DNA of 64,000 nt. Source: Ramazzottius varieornatus. Lineage: Eukaryota > Animalia > Tardigrada. The translations under genes were made by a program, and so were the position numbers. Where the stretch lies: contig BDGG01000002.1 of assembly GCA_001949185.1 (NCBI GenBank), forward strand, positions 7,306,448 through 7,370,447, given 5' to 3'. A model generated the notes under the pieces. It saw only the letters and a list, made by a program, of their open reading frames with translations. It did no database searches and had not been told where the DNA came from. Shown here in pieces: positions 22,135-35,500 of the stretch. The first letter of the stretch is position 1; every line of letters starts with the position of its first letter.

Positions 22135-23850
22135 ATGTCGGGAAGACTATCGGAAGCAGTTATCTTTAGCCTTCGGCAAGCATGCCGACCATTCCGCAGG
22201 ACGGTCTCTCCATCAGGAGCTATAGGTACATGTATCTTTCTTGCGAAGTGCTTGTAGTACAGCATTCACCAGTTCGCATTGTGGGATCACTGGGATGTGA
22301 TGCCGAATACACCGTTATGTTGTACCTGTAGGTGCGGTCGCGAAGATCACGCAGTGGCGGATGCTGTCTACCTGCCCGATTCTGCAGTATAAAGCTTTCA
22401 GCAAGTACGACGTTATGCGGAGGCATGAACTCTACAGAAGAAGGCAAGAAGCTGGTCCCGAACCACTTCGCCATCGGAACGTTCGTCCCAACTGGTAAGT
22501 CTGTTTACTCTGTTATGTGGGAGAACATATTTTCATGTCTGTGAACGCAGACGTATGCCCGCTCCCGGCGTTGCTTCTGACTCAAGTTATGACCGTAGGA
22601 ACTATGATGCTGAGACTTTTGCTTTCGGTGCAAGACTGGGTGAGAATACAACATCGGAAACCTTCCGCCTAGCATTCATCTCTCCCAGCTATACGGAAAG
22701 AGAAACTGCTCGCCGACGAGAAGTTTTTGAAGATGTTGAGACGATTGAAACAACACAAGAAGCTCCAAATAATACGGGCCTCAGAGATTATGGTACATTT
22801 CACCTGATTTCGACCGATTTCACAAATGCAGTACTGTATAGTGGCACAGCCGGAAGTATTGATTGGCGGTTGGACGTATTGCAGGTTCCCAAATCCTTCG
22901 GAGGTACATAGCAGCGTTCTGCAGATACAACTTCCCTTTCTTCCCTGAGGATGGAATACAGTAAGAAAATTTTCATCGTCTGCTGACCGCTTACCGTACT
23001 TCCGATTGACGCAGTCTTTTATATAGAGCAATAAGCAACCACATGCAAAGCGAAGCCATCCTGCCAAATATTGCATCCCACCTCGGAATAACAGATCTTG
23101 TTCAGTGTGAAGTATGGGATACCTGTCTTGATTCGTTTTGCCGTTTCTGTGTTCTTAAGAAGACAATAAGTATCTTTTGACTTTTCTTCAGGAATTGCCG
23201 GTGTCGAACGCAACGCTGAAGGACACCCTTCTTGCCGTTGTAGGTGCCTTAACAGAAGACTTCGGAAGACCACGCGCTGAAAGTTTCATAAGAGATTTCA
23301 TCATGACGAGCCTACTGGACGCAGACATCAATGTGCTGCTCGACCTCAAAAACCCAATGGAGATAGTAGCTGGAATTCTCGCTCGTGATAGTCGTCCGGA
23401 ACCGGAAACGCGACTCCTGAGAAAAGGCGCCGTCGAAACGCCGGAAGCCTACTACTGTATCGGAGTGTATAGTGACAAGAAACTCCTCGGCGAATGTAAG
23501 ATTGCCTCGATTATCCTAGTTTCCGTTTCGCTTCGATCCTGGTTCGTGTTTGATTCATGTGCGTTACAGCATTTGGTGAAACCTTGCTTATTGCGGAAGA
23601 GATGTCGGCACACAACACGCTACATCGGCTTTTCCGGACCGCTATCGGCAGGAGACCGCTTCTGCTCGGAAAGAAGGGTAAAGAAATAGGAAACATTGAC
23701 GCGTACGCGGAAGTACCGAACCCGTGGCTGCATGAATGGACAGAGAAAGAATGTATTCGAAGGCTGGCCGCGAGAGCTTCGAAGACTGCAGCAAACCAGC
23801 AGCTCGAGGAAGAAACTTCCGGTCAGCCCAATGCTGTACGGAATCCATGA
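22135..23850 (+). CDS. MRPL44: Mitochondrial ribosomal protein L44 (RNase III-like + dsRBD)
   Basis: Basic N-terminal targeting-like peptide; GPEPLRHRNVRPNW|NYDAETFAFGARLGEN..FRLAFISPSY; NPMEIVAGILARDSRPEPETRLLR..YCIGVYSDKKLLGE..GETLLIAEEMSA. Confidence 0.9.
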
Positions 23851-23989
23851 TGTTGACTTCGGCCAGTAAGTCAACCCCAGTCTTTTTAATGAGTCATCCT
23901 GTCAATAATACTGTTATGGAAACTTCCGAAGTAGTAAAGTGTGACGTTCTAAGCAGTATTTACTTTCGAGCGTAAAACACATAACGATA

Positions 23990-26504
23990 TCACTGCATGG
24001 CCAGCGAAAACAAAGCCATCATTGCGGCACTGCAACCAGCAGCAACAGGCATAGTAATTAGCCAACCGAACATAATTTTCCATAGTACTGTCCAGTTTAC
24101 GTCTTCTCGCTGGGCCCGTCTTATCCATCCAACAACAATGACGCTGCCAATGAGACAGTGTGTACTGCTGACGGGAAGTCCCACTTCACTGGCAATGAGT
24201 ACCGTACATGCGGTACCCAGGCCAATGCAGAACCCGCTAAGAGAAAGAAATTCTTGGTCGAGTTAAATAACCAGGTTGGGCGGGAAGGACAATAAACGTC
24301 TTTTAGTATCGTACCTGCTAGGCAGAATAGTCGTTAACGAACTTCCCACCGTTCCTATCACTTGCCGTCCAAGAACACACAGGCCCAGGCTTATTCCCAA
24401 AGCCCCGTAAGCCAAAAGCCAAGTCGGAGCTCTGGCTTCGTCCATGAACCTCTCATTGGCGAAGATTCGCCATATCCCCGCTAATGGACCCACTGTGTTA
24501 CTATAAGCAGTGACCGTTAAACACAAAAGTTCCCCGGAATTACTTAGAAGTGAGCAAGTGATGACCTCACCAGACATCGTTTCCTCCGTGTGCAAAAGCG
24601 GTGAAGGAAGCTGTCACAGTTTGCAGGATCGCGAAAACGGATGCCACTTCCGGCAGATCTTCGTCCCTCTCCCCGTTTCTTTCTTCGTTATCCTAGAACG
24701 AAAATATGCTCTTTGAATCTCCAAACGACCAAAATTGCCATACTAAAAACGATGAGATCTAACCTGCTCGAAATCCAAGTTTAACTTAAACGGACAGATT
24801 CTGCAGAGCAGATTGGAGGAACCTGCCGCAATTTCCTGACTCGCAGCTCTAGATGTGCTTGTACTATTGCCCGCGCTGGTTGACGCGGGTACGTTTACAC
24901 AAAGGGAGGCGGACGAAACGGGATACGTCAGGTTCTTGTTGTGTTTGGCTTTTATGCAGACTTCCAAGCTGGGACATGATGAACAACCGCGGGAAGAGGG
25001 TTCAGGTGCGGTAGTTGGTGTCGCTGGAGCACTATCGCAGTTTTCGACGGCGACCACACTTTCATTCGTCTCCGTACTGACTTCGAGGAGGAACTCACTC
25101 CTTTCGACTTCCGTCAAAGACTGAAGCTTCTCTGCACGATGTCTCGCTCTGATACTGTTCCGTTTTGATCGTTGAAGTCCGCCAGTTCGAAGGGAATTAT
25201 CCGATCCGCGTCTGGGTAGATTCATAGTGTCGATGGTTGTATAACTTGTATCGAAACCTGTGATGGTCTTTGACGTGCTGAAAGATACCGTCCGATCTTG
25301 GATCTGTCCGGTGATGACAACGGCACCTTCTTCGTCTTCCGAGAATGACAGTTGAGTCCTACTTGTTGACTCTTTTGATGGCTCGGGTGTCGTGTGAGAG
25401 CGCAAGGAGCGTCGCAGGTTCCTGATGAGAAGTGCGTCGCGCTTTTGAGCGGCAATGGTTTCCATGCGGGATCTTTGCCATGGAACAAGGAACACGTGTA
25501 CACCGAGCCCGATTAGGAGCGCCATGGCGAAACTGAGGAGTAGAACTCCCCACCAAGGAATCTTCTCGACAAGTCCGGGAATTATTGTGCCGTACATAAA
25601 AATGGACATGACGTTGATAAAGACTGTCAGGGCGTGTAAGAAAGGCATGAATTTCAGGGCAGCTTGTTTGGGCTCTTGAGTGTCTAGAATGAAGCGGCGT
25701 ACGACGACAAATAAGGCACCGGAAATTATTCCGGCAAATATGGGCGAGATGAACCAGGAAGAGACGATACGGAGAATACGCCACCAATAGATGCCTTGGT
25801 GTGGTCCATGGTTAACCAGAGAGAATCCCACGGTAGCCGCGATTATCGCATGAGTTCCTGAAACCGAAAGTCCTAGTGGAGCAACACATACAAGCGAGGG
25901 TATTTACAGGTAAAATCTTTTCCCTACCTGAGACTGGTATTTTCAGGAGTGTTGCGGTGTAGAGCCAAACAGCTGTGCCGATCAAGGAACTTATCTCTCC
26001 GTACAACAGCCTTTTCTCCTCGTCGACTCCTCTGTAGATCGAGAGGTCCACCATGTCCCTCCATATGACGCTTGATACCCTGGTCCCAAGTACGACCGCC
26101 CCTACAAAATGATACCGTTTCACCGTGAAGTTCATCTGGGAACTTTTGAGTGCTACGCTCAAAGGTTCACAGATAGTACTGAGTCGACTTACCCAACGAT
26201 TCGAAGATGACTGCAAAGGCGCATGCTGCTTTCAGGCTCAACACTTTGGATGCGACAACGGGTCCGAATGAGTTCGCCACCTGTCCAGAGTACCAGCTTC
26301 AAACACGTTATTACGGTGTTATAGTCCGTTGCTTGTCTGCAGGGAATTTTATCTTACGTCATTCGCACCTGCAGCAAAGGACATCAGGAAAGCTAGGGTG
26401 AAGCCGGCGACCACTATCCAGATAAGGTCCCAGTTGTATTGCGGGGCCGAGACTGGTGCCGCATGCATGATGTGGTCCAGAATGTTCTCAGTAGCAGGAT
26501 GCAT
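23990..26504 (-). CDS. SLC20/PiT family sodium-dependent phosphate transporter
   Basis: AGAND|VANSFG N-terminal signature, IPVS|GTHAII, IVSSWFISP, a large cytoplasmic loop, AFAHGGNDV, and GLPVSSTHCLIGSVI..IMFGWLITMP. Confidence 0.93.
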
Positions 26505-27256
26505 TTTTGACGATTATTCCAAGGCTAGGTCAAGTCTTTCACGCACAACAAAACAATACTTTCCTTTCTAATTTCGTATTATTTAACTACTGATTTCCTT
26601 TTCTTTAAGGTGAAGACCGATAATTAAGCCTCCGCATAAATTAGTCTGATGGTTCCTTGTATGAAAGGTTCCCTGCTGGTCGGTTCATTGAAACCAAGAT
26701 GCTCATTTACAGTTACTGTGAATCGCGCGAGTCTTCCGGTTGTCTTCTGGGTACCTTCACCACCTTGGTGCATTACGAACTTGCTGTGGCGAAAACGGAG
26801 GATGACTGTTCCATCACCTAGCTCGCAGCCAGCGGAGGACATCTTTTTCGAAAACAATTGTTTATCTGTCTCAGCGTGAAATGTCGTAAAAAATCGTACG
26901 CTGAAAGTCGTAACGCAGCAGTAGTGTTCTCATCAAATCAGCTCCATATAATAGAACCTGACGACATGAGGGGTGTACCACGTACGAGTTTCAGTTTGGG
27001 GGATGACTAATGTTTTTGCTGCAATATAACAGATAGTTTTGTCGAATAAAAACTTGCACACAGTTTTTCTTCTCGGCGCGAGTGATCAAACACCGAACAA
27101 TCGAAAACCAAACATTTATATACGGAATTTTTTAACAGAATTCAAAACGACAACGTGAAATTTTGGTCCACCGGGGTTCAAAAAAAACAAAATTTTAGCT
27201 ACCATATCTACAAGCGGCTGGAATAATTTGGAAAGAACTTCAGAGGTAGAGCCATC

Positions 27257-30200
27257 TCACATACTGGAAGGTTTCATCAGAGCATCCTCATTCATGTCAT
27301 GGTCGAGAATCTCAAACTCCTTTCGAAGAAGGATTCCATTCTTGCCGCCTTTATCACAATAGTCCAGAGCCTGCTTCTTTAGACCAATATTGTGCAGATA
27401 CCGAGCGTATTCGAGGTGGACAGATTCTGCAAAAAATAAAACAAAATCACCATCCTCCATCAGGCTCTCGAGTACTTGCATACAGTAAGTTGCGCTACGC
27501 ATCCGGTATGTCTGTCTGCAGCTGCATGAAGTTTGGATATGCCATGCGTGCGCGGAAGAGAATACTATTACTATCGTTCGCACACCTGCGTATGCCGGAC
27601 GTATGATGACTACGTTGTGTCTGTATGCAGGTACATGAGACGTCTGCGTATCATTTGAAAACTTACCGCATACTGGCGCATAGTGGTCACTCAAGAATGG
27701 ACTGGCCACTCCATCCTCCTCGCACGCTTTGAGAAACATGACAGCCCGTTCGATGTTGCGAGCGGAAGACATGAGTTCGAAAGCTCGATCCGATGCACCA
27801 AAGTGTACACACAATATCAGAGCAAAGCTTCGGAAGTTAATCTCGGGGGAACACAGGTAGTCCACCCATTTCATAAAGACATCTTTTGATTCGGAGGTCT
27901 GGAAGAAGGAGTGTACACTGGCCAGTACAGCTGCTTCGTTGTACTGACCATACGACTGGAGGTAGCGACATGCATCGGGGACTTTGCCGATGGCGCACAA
28001 GATCTCGACGCCATCGGATACATGAGAAGAACTGGCAATGAGGTGAGTGGCGATGAGCTTGACGGTACTCTGGACGGACTCGGCGTTATTGGAGGATTTC
28101 AGGGAAGTTAGTAGGGCAGCTCTATGATAGCCAAGAGGGATATGAATTACACTGGCGGACAAACGGGACACAGGCGGTAAAAGAGTCATACTTTAGGCTG
28201 TCTTCGTAGTAATGAGGATGACTGGCATCCATATTCAACAGGTGTTCGACAGCTCTGTCGGACTCGCCTATGGAGACCAAATGCTGGATACACTTGCGAA
28301 AGCCATCGCTAGCACTTTCTTGGTTTGACAATGCTGAGTTGGCGAGGTCGATCTGCAGCGTCTGGAATGGACAAAAGAAGAAAATTCAACACCGTTCTTC
28401 AAAGTAAGCTTAGATGGATGCTGTAACTACCTTGAGTTCTGATCCTGGCAGGAGGACGCTATCTTCGGAATGGCTCAGGTAGTCTTTGAGGATACTGTTC
28501 TTGGCTGGAAGACCGCGCATGCACGTTTTCCAGAAGTGGTAGTCGCTTTCATCACCCATCAGCAACGCTGCCAGGAAACCCCGATCAACCACGGAGAGGC
28601 TTTCAATGGGAGGTAGGTCGTTATGAGGTAGCGAGTCCTCTGTATCTTGGTCCAGCAGCACTTGACTTTCTTTCAAGCCAAGCAGCAAACCGGACTTCGC
28701 TTTTAGAGCCGTGTGGTGATGCAACACATATGGACTGATCTTAGGATCTGCAAAACAGTGCAAAGGTCAGATATAACATCCATCTCAATTTCAAAAACTA
28801 CACTACGAATTTCTACTATAAAAGCCTTACCTATCAGAGAACTCTTGGTCAACACAGATGTGCACGTTTGAAAATTTCGACAGTCGTATATCCTGATCAT
28901 TCCGTCCATACAAGCTAAGGCAAGGCATGTCGCTGAAACCCAGTCGAGCGAGTTGATCTTGAAGTGTTTGGGCTTCATCATGTTGATCTGTTCCATCTGA
29001 AAACACACAAACGGAGAATACTACAGCACTAACACACTGATCGAGTACACGGCGGAAGGTTGACTTACCGTTTCGATTTCCCATACGTCGACGCCATCGT
29101 TGAACAGGATGGCCGCCCACATGATTCGTTCCTTCGGCGAGAACCTGATGGTCTTGATCCATCCACGATTCAGGTTCTTAGTCTCAGCCATACTGTCCGA
29201 CGGTAGCCACTTGATCAAGCTACCGTCTACATCGCCCATGATGATCTTGTTCTTCTTCCGGCACATGGTCGTGACATGCCCGATGGTGGTTTGTGTGAAG
29301 AACGCCGAGTTCTTGTCCTCATGGACGATATTACCCTTTACCTTGTACGCTTGAAACAGACCGTTCATATCCACGAACAGAAGAAGTTCTTGCCGACGTT
29401 TCACTTCTTCGAGAAGCATGGTCTTAGATTCCACAACGCGTACCTAAAGATCAAACCCTTGTGTCAAAGTCGAAACTCAGTAAGCAAACTTGATCAGAGT
29501 GTTTTCCCAAGTGGCGCACGTTTTCGGTGTTACTGACCGAAGCATGCGCAACTTGCAAGAACGATTTTGTCGAGATTGTTTGTCTAGGTCCAATTAAGGA
29601 ACTGAATTTTCGGAGTTCGTTTTCATTCAGAAGACATTGATCTACTGTTTCAGATGAATTTTTCGAAAAACGGAGAAAATCATCTAACCCATTCGGCAGC
29701 TGTGGCGTGTGGAACAGAGCGCGGTCTATGCCAGACCAGGTGTCGGCCGTCAGCGATACTCCATACTTCCGGTGCACCGTTCTTGAAGACGATTACGAAG
29801 TGGTCTCTAGAAGGCGAAATCTTGATACTTCGGATGGGCGATTCGTCTGTGGCGCCATGCCTTATGACACGAACATCACCAGAGGACAAGTCAATCAGTG
29901 ATACCTCACACTTGACTAGCGCGCTAGGTATGCTGGCTTGTGCATAGGAATACACCAACAGAAGCTGTTCCGTCACCCATTCGATTCCCTGAATCGGCAA
30001 ATTCTGAACGAAAAACTCACCTGCGAAAAACCAAAAGTTAGAAAACGTGAAAAGTTTGCAAGCTAAAAAAGTTAATTGGACCTCGCCATACATTTGAGCT
30101 CGTTGCTCCATACGTCATACAGCTGGACACACCCCCGACTCGATCCTACCGCTAACAGCTGCTCTTCCCCACCGTTGCTCATACTCCTTGCACTCGCTTG

Positions 30201-32080
30201 TAATACCAACGGTGGTGGAGGCAAGGACGACGTCAAATGGGTCAGGAAGAACTTGGACGGTCTAGAGAACTGGACTGGCGGAAGACCCAGAGCCTTCGAC
30301 GGGTCGCTGTCGTTCTCCATCCACTCTAACGTCCAAACGAGTATTCTTCCGTCATTCAACACCACTCCTGCTCTCGTTTCTCTCACAGGATCCACGACGA
30401 ATCCGAAGGGTTTCGTGTTCTTCATCAACCGACCAGCTTCGGGTTGCTGAACAGTTTCCTTGTCACCCTTGACAAACGACCGGAAACTGACTGCGCCGTT
30501 GGAGTACAGACAGTATACGCCGTTGATTTGTCTGATAGGGATAGCTGAGATGATATTCGGCAAGTTCTTCTCTAAAGTGAGTATTCTGTATATTGAACCA
30601 AACTTTAGGCTGATTAACTGGATCTGTCGTGGGTAGATGACAACTATAATGTCGTTGATACTGCGGTGGAAGAATACTTCAACGATGAGGTTTTTGTCGC
30701 TGACGGTGGTTAGACTGGTGTCGTTTCCGCTGATGGATCCTCGAGTGAGGAATCTGGCGGCTCGTCTGCGAACGTCAGCCTTGAGGGAGCTTGGGGAATG
30801 TGTGGGATCTTTCAGGAAGGATCCCGCCGGTGACGAGTCGATCTTGCCGTTGGAGGTCCAGGAGAACCTTTGTGGCTCGGAAGAGGGAGCTTTGAAGATG
30901 GAGAAGTCGTTTTGTATGTAGACTCCATCGGGTGCCGTAACTGAAATCGCAACCAACAATTTCACACTGGCAAGTGAAAGTATTGTCGTTGCAGGTTATA
31001 TTTCGTATGAACTTCTTATTACAGAGCCCGGCGCATAAGCTCTGCATCATGTTTCCAAGTGGCGCACGCTTACAGGCAGTAACATGGGAACCGTGCGCCA
31101 CTGCCCTGGTTGAGTTTGTCTGTCAAGCTCTCATTCTTAAAGACATTATAATCTATTCCATTTCACCACTCTTTTAAATCGTAGTCTGATGGATTTCGAA
31201 TGTATGTGTATCTGGGCATACAAAGAATGCGACTGGGTTGATGTGGATCCAGGTCGAACGATTCCAGATGTTCTACTCGTGAAAAAACCTTCTTCCATAT
31301 GATCGTCCCTGTCGAAGCATTCCACAGGACAAACGTTGAAGCAGGGTGAAGTATGAGCAACATGTCTTGCGCTGCATCTTGATGCCAGTGCCAAGCCATA
31401 TCACAAATGGCAGCTTCCGACTCGGAAAACTTGGACTGTGGTGCGCCTTTGCAGACATCCCACACGATGACGTTACCGTGCGTATCAGCTGAGGCCAGAC
31501 GAAGGCTATACAGATGCCGCGGTCCATGACAGTAGTTCTCTCTTGGCCACTTTACCTGTCAAGGAGCAAGCATCAGATTGACTAACGGGATGCTTGGAAG
31601 AGTGTGCATGGTCCTTACCTGAGAAACGAGGAATCTATGTTGATCCAGCACTTGCAGCTTCTTTCCTGCCTTTACGTTGTAAACGACAACTAAGGTCTGA
31701 CATCCATATGCGATAAAGCCCTGCCATCCCCTGCAAAACATCAGACAATGACACGGCTGTACGTCAAGGAAACTACCATAGTTATGTACCTACCAGTCAA
31801 TAGCTCCTTCGTTCTGGGCATTCAAGCTACCTGGGACAGCGCCAGTGCAGACCGCGTTACGATTGTTGTCAGCAAGCGATGGCGTCGATGGAGATATTAC
31901 GGGAGCGGAGACAGACGGACTAGGGGAGAGTAGTCCATTCTGCTTTTCGGTAGGCGGGATGTCTAAGTGCAGCAGATCATGGGATTCCGAAGGTCCATTT
32001 GCTCCTGCAGGTCCGGAAGTACTCAACTGATCGTTGATCTCGGCAGCTGTCACGTCGAGCTTGACATTCTTGGCATCCAT
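27257..32080 (-). CDS. WDR11: WD repeat-containing protein 11
   Basis: GSLNAQNEGAIDW|GWQGFIAYGCQTLVVV..LQVLDQH..VKWPRENY..LRLASAD; C-terminal HYYEDSLK, STVKLIATHLIAS, CAIGKVPDACRYLQSYGQ. Confidence 0.94.
27474..27632. repeat. Family B: two units in the last WDR11 intron
   Basis: ACTTGCATAC-N30-GTCTGCAGCT (27474-27523) and ACCTGCGTAT-N29-GTATGCAGGT (27584-27632). Confidence 0.6.
29499..29567. repeat. Palindromic element family A, copy in a WDR11 intron
   Basis: TTCCCAAGTGGCGCACG-N22-CATGCGCAACTTG. Confidence 0.75.
31045..31102. repeat. Palindromic element family A, copy in a second WDR11 intron
   Basis: TTCCAAGTGGCGCACG-N23-CGTGCGCCACT. Confidence 0.75.
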
Positions 32081-32555
32081 TTCGCAGGAAGTGACATACC
32101 GCGGCGCATCAATGACGTTACGATTCTCCTTTACACGTTCCGTTCACTGTTCAGACCTACAGGCTAGAGTTCCACTCCAGACCCAAGACTGGAGGTATAA
32201 GGTATATCAGAGACGCGAATAACTTTCTCTAAAGAAGAAGAGAAACAATGATATGTTGTGTTAGATAGTTAATGACGCCAGTGTGATGACGCTCCATCCT
32301 GTTGACGTCATGGTCAGCGGAAGATCACTATCAAAGCAGCAGAAAAAATTCATGAAAAGGTTCTCGGGATACCTCAGCAAGATTTTCCGATATCCGGCCA
32401 TTACAGCACTCGTACTTTACACCGGAGTAATTAAAAAGACTGTAAACACTAATGCACCTTCTGAAAACCAAAATAAAAATCTACGTCGATAGAAATCTCA
32501 CGTACGACATTTTCCAAGCACAAAAAAAGACGAAGTCAAAAGGTTTCAGCGGATT

Positions 32556-35500
32556 TCACATCTGTAAGACAGGACCTGCGTGGACGAGTCTTGCTGCGTC
32601 TCCTGCCTGAGTGTTCGAACCCACTTCGGGCATTACCGCTTCCTAAGAAACGAAGGCAGGTATCGTTTTCATATCTTTCGCAATTTAGTTCCACTATTCA
32701 CTAACCGGAGGAGGGGAGGAAGGGATGGAGAACCCTTGCAGAATACCCGGATCTAGTAACAACGGTAGTCCGGGCATTCCATCCAGTTGCGGAGATGTGG
32801 CTTGCAGGCTGTCGAAACTAACAGGCGATGGAGTAGTGCTGGGACTACGCACAGTTCCCCCCGATGCCGTCTCAGTCGGACTCGTCAGTTTCTCGTTTCT
32901 TATAGTTGGCGGCGCTGGTTCGACGAGCTGCTGTGTCAAGCCAGGAACAATCGCCTCCACTTTCGTCCGGGTCTTATCCCAGAGAGGACCATGGTACTCA
33001 TGGAATACACCAGCGGTACTCATGACTAGCAGCATGTTCTTTATCGATTCAAGGACGGCTTCCCTCTGCAACCAAGAAAAATGAGTCGTATCACCATTTT
33101 TACAAATTTGATATAAAAGACTTCGAAAAGAACGAACTTCCTCACCAAGAGATCAGACTTTGCGTCAAGCTTCAAATACTGTTCCAAGTGCTCCAAGACC
33201 GCCATCCATGTCCCATCAAAACTGGGCAAAGTCAGCAACGGTGGAAGATGTTGGAGAAACACCTGCAGTAGAAAATCAGTTTGGTATTCCATCGCTTCAA
33301 ACCGAGCAACCAAGTTACGAACCTTGCAAAGTAAGGATGCAACTCGGACTCGCGTTTCTTCCATGCCTATCCGGTCTTGTGGGTTGATGTTTTGTTTCAT
33401 TGAAGAAAGAAGCGGAAACAAGACCTAAGAAGCACAAAGATGTAACTTCGAGTCAATAGTTTCCAGCCGAAAAAAAATGTCTGCCGCACCATATGTAAGC
33501 AATCTTCCCATTCGGAAGCCGACAGCGCCTGAAGGTCGGGTATCAGCAGAGCTCGATGCAGGTAATTCAGCCCATCCAGACGAACACTCTTACGGTTATC
33601 ACAACATACCCTGGCAATACCCCGCAGAAGCGGACACCATACTTCACTCCACAATGCACCTTCCACACTCGAACCTCGATAAACCGAGGCCACTCGGATA
33701 TGAAGACAGTGTATAAGATCCAGCAACTGCAATCAAAGTCCCGTTTGTGGGTACTGTAACTGAAATCTAAAGAGGGAATGTTGCAACATACCTGAATGGT
33801 TCTCTGTTGATATCTTCCATTACTTTGCTGGTTGTCTTCTTCTCCCGGACTGCTGGGTGAGGAATGCGCCTTGTGAGCTAGAGCTCTTCTGTCCACGTTC
33901 CGATGTAGTTTTGAGTCGACTTGCTTCAGGGTGTTCGCTTGGATCCTTTGGTTTACGCCGACTAAACCGTTCATGCTAGCTTCCACAAAGACGCACAGAC
34001 AATGCACCAGCGTTGGTACATTATCCACCGTAACTTGGCCCGTCTCTCGGATGAGAAAGTGTAGCGAGTCAATGGCCGAACAGAAGGCGTCCGTATCGTG
34101 ATGGATGATGTCCACCGGTATGGATAGCAAGTTTCCTTCCGGGTTCCCTGCCGTCTCCACTACTTCGCCTTCCCTACCGACCATCAACCAGGTGTTACTA
34201 CCTGTGGGACTAGCGTGGATTTCGTGAAGCTCGCTGTCCGATGTATAACCTCTATCGACCTGCAAACCAGACAGAAATCAATAATGGAATAGTCAAGGGT
34301 TGATGATTCGAGAACGCTGCATAGACCTGCATACGTTCTCACACCAGTGCATGCGCAGTTTCGTGTATGCATGTGCTTGAAAGACTATCGATTTCACACC
34401 TAATATTACAAGTTAAGGTAACAGGAAAAGGATCACCGAGTTGTCGAGATGAGCGAAAAAGACTGGTAAAACGTTTATACCTCGTTGTCAGGTTGAACGG
34501 CGTTGACAGGCTGACTTTCCGACTTCGGCATCGCTTCTCTGTGCATTACCTTCGGCAGGCGTATTCCCGCACCTGCGCATTCCAGTAGAGTACACAAAAG
34601 CTTCCAGTCATCCCTTGACTTGATACTTGAGGATCCATTGGCCTGAAAGAGCTGGTAAAGCGCATTGGCTATCTGACGAGACATGCGGTAGAAGAACTGA
34701 GGCCGGAGACCGAGAAGGAGCCTCAGAGACCGCATGATGTCTTGCTGGATCTCCGTGTCGTGACGACGCAGGAAGCGGACAGCTAAACGGAGCAAACCGA
34801 CAACTGCTCGTTCACTCCGAAAAGATATCTCGGTCTTCCCTTCCTGAATGGAAAAACGCTCTTAATCACAATTGTTTTAAACTCCTGCAAAAGGCTGAAT
34901 TAGAAACGGTACCTAGGCAAACAAACTAGACTACATCATTTTCCAAAGTGGTGCATGCTCACAAACATTTAGACTGAAAACGTGCGCCACTTGGGAAACA
35001 CTGTGATCATGTTTGTTTGCCGGGTGCCTACACGATGCCCATTGTATCACCTGAAGTAAAGTAGCATGTATGTATTCGTGAATAGATGGCCATATCTTGG
35101 CTCCAGGCTCTCCAATCCGATCCCTGTTTTCTATCAGCACCCTTACCAGCAGCTCTAAACAGATCGTTGCCAATTGTTCTTCAGCAAACACCAAAGAAAC
35201 CGGACTACTCGGTTCCGCGTTCCTCTGCCCGTTATTCCTGTGTGCAGTCATCAGAGCCCCCAACAACTCCTTCAGCGACTCGCTCCTCAAGAACTTACTA
35301 TCTTTGACCAGCTCTTTGATTTCGCATTCATCGATACATGCTCGCGCCATCTTGCGATACTCGTTCTCTTCATGAAGCATACTCGAGCTCTTGGAGGAGT
35401 CTGATGTGATGTAGCTGACGAGGGCGCTGAGTAGTCCACCTTCTTGCTTGATGGGCGCGGCGTCTTCGTAGAGTAAGGGGACGAGGCCTTTGACAAAGTC

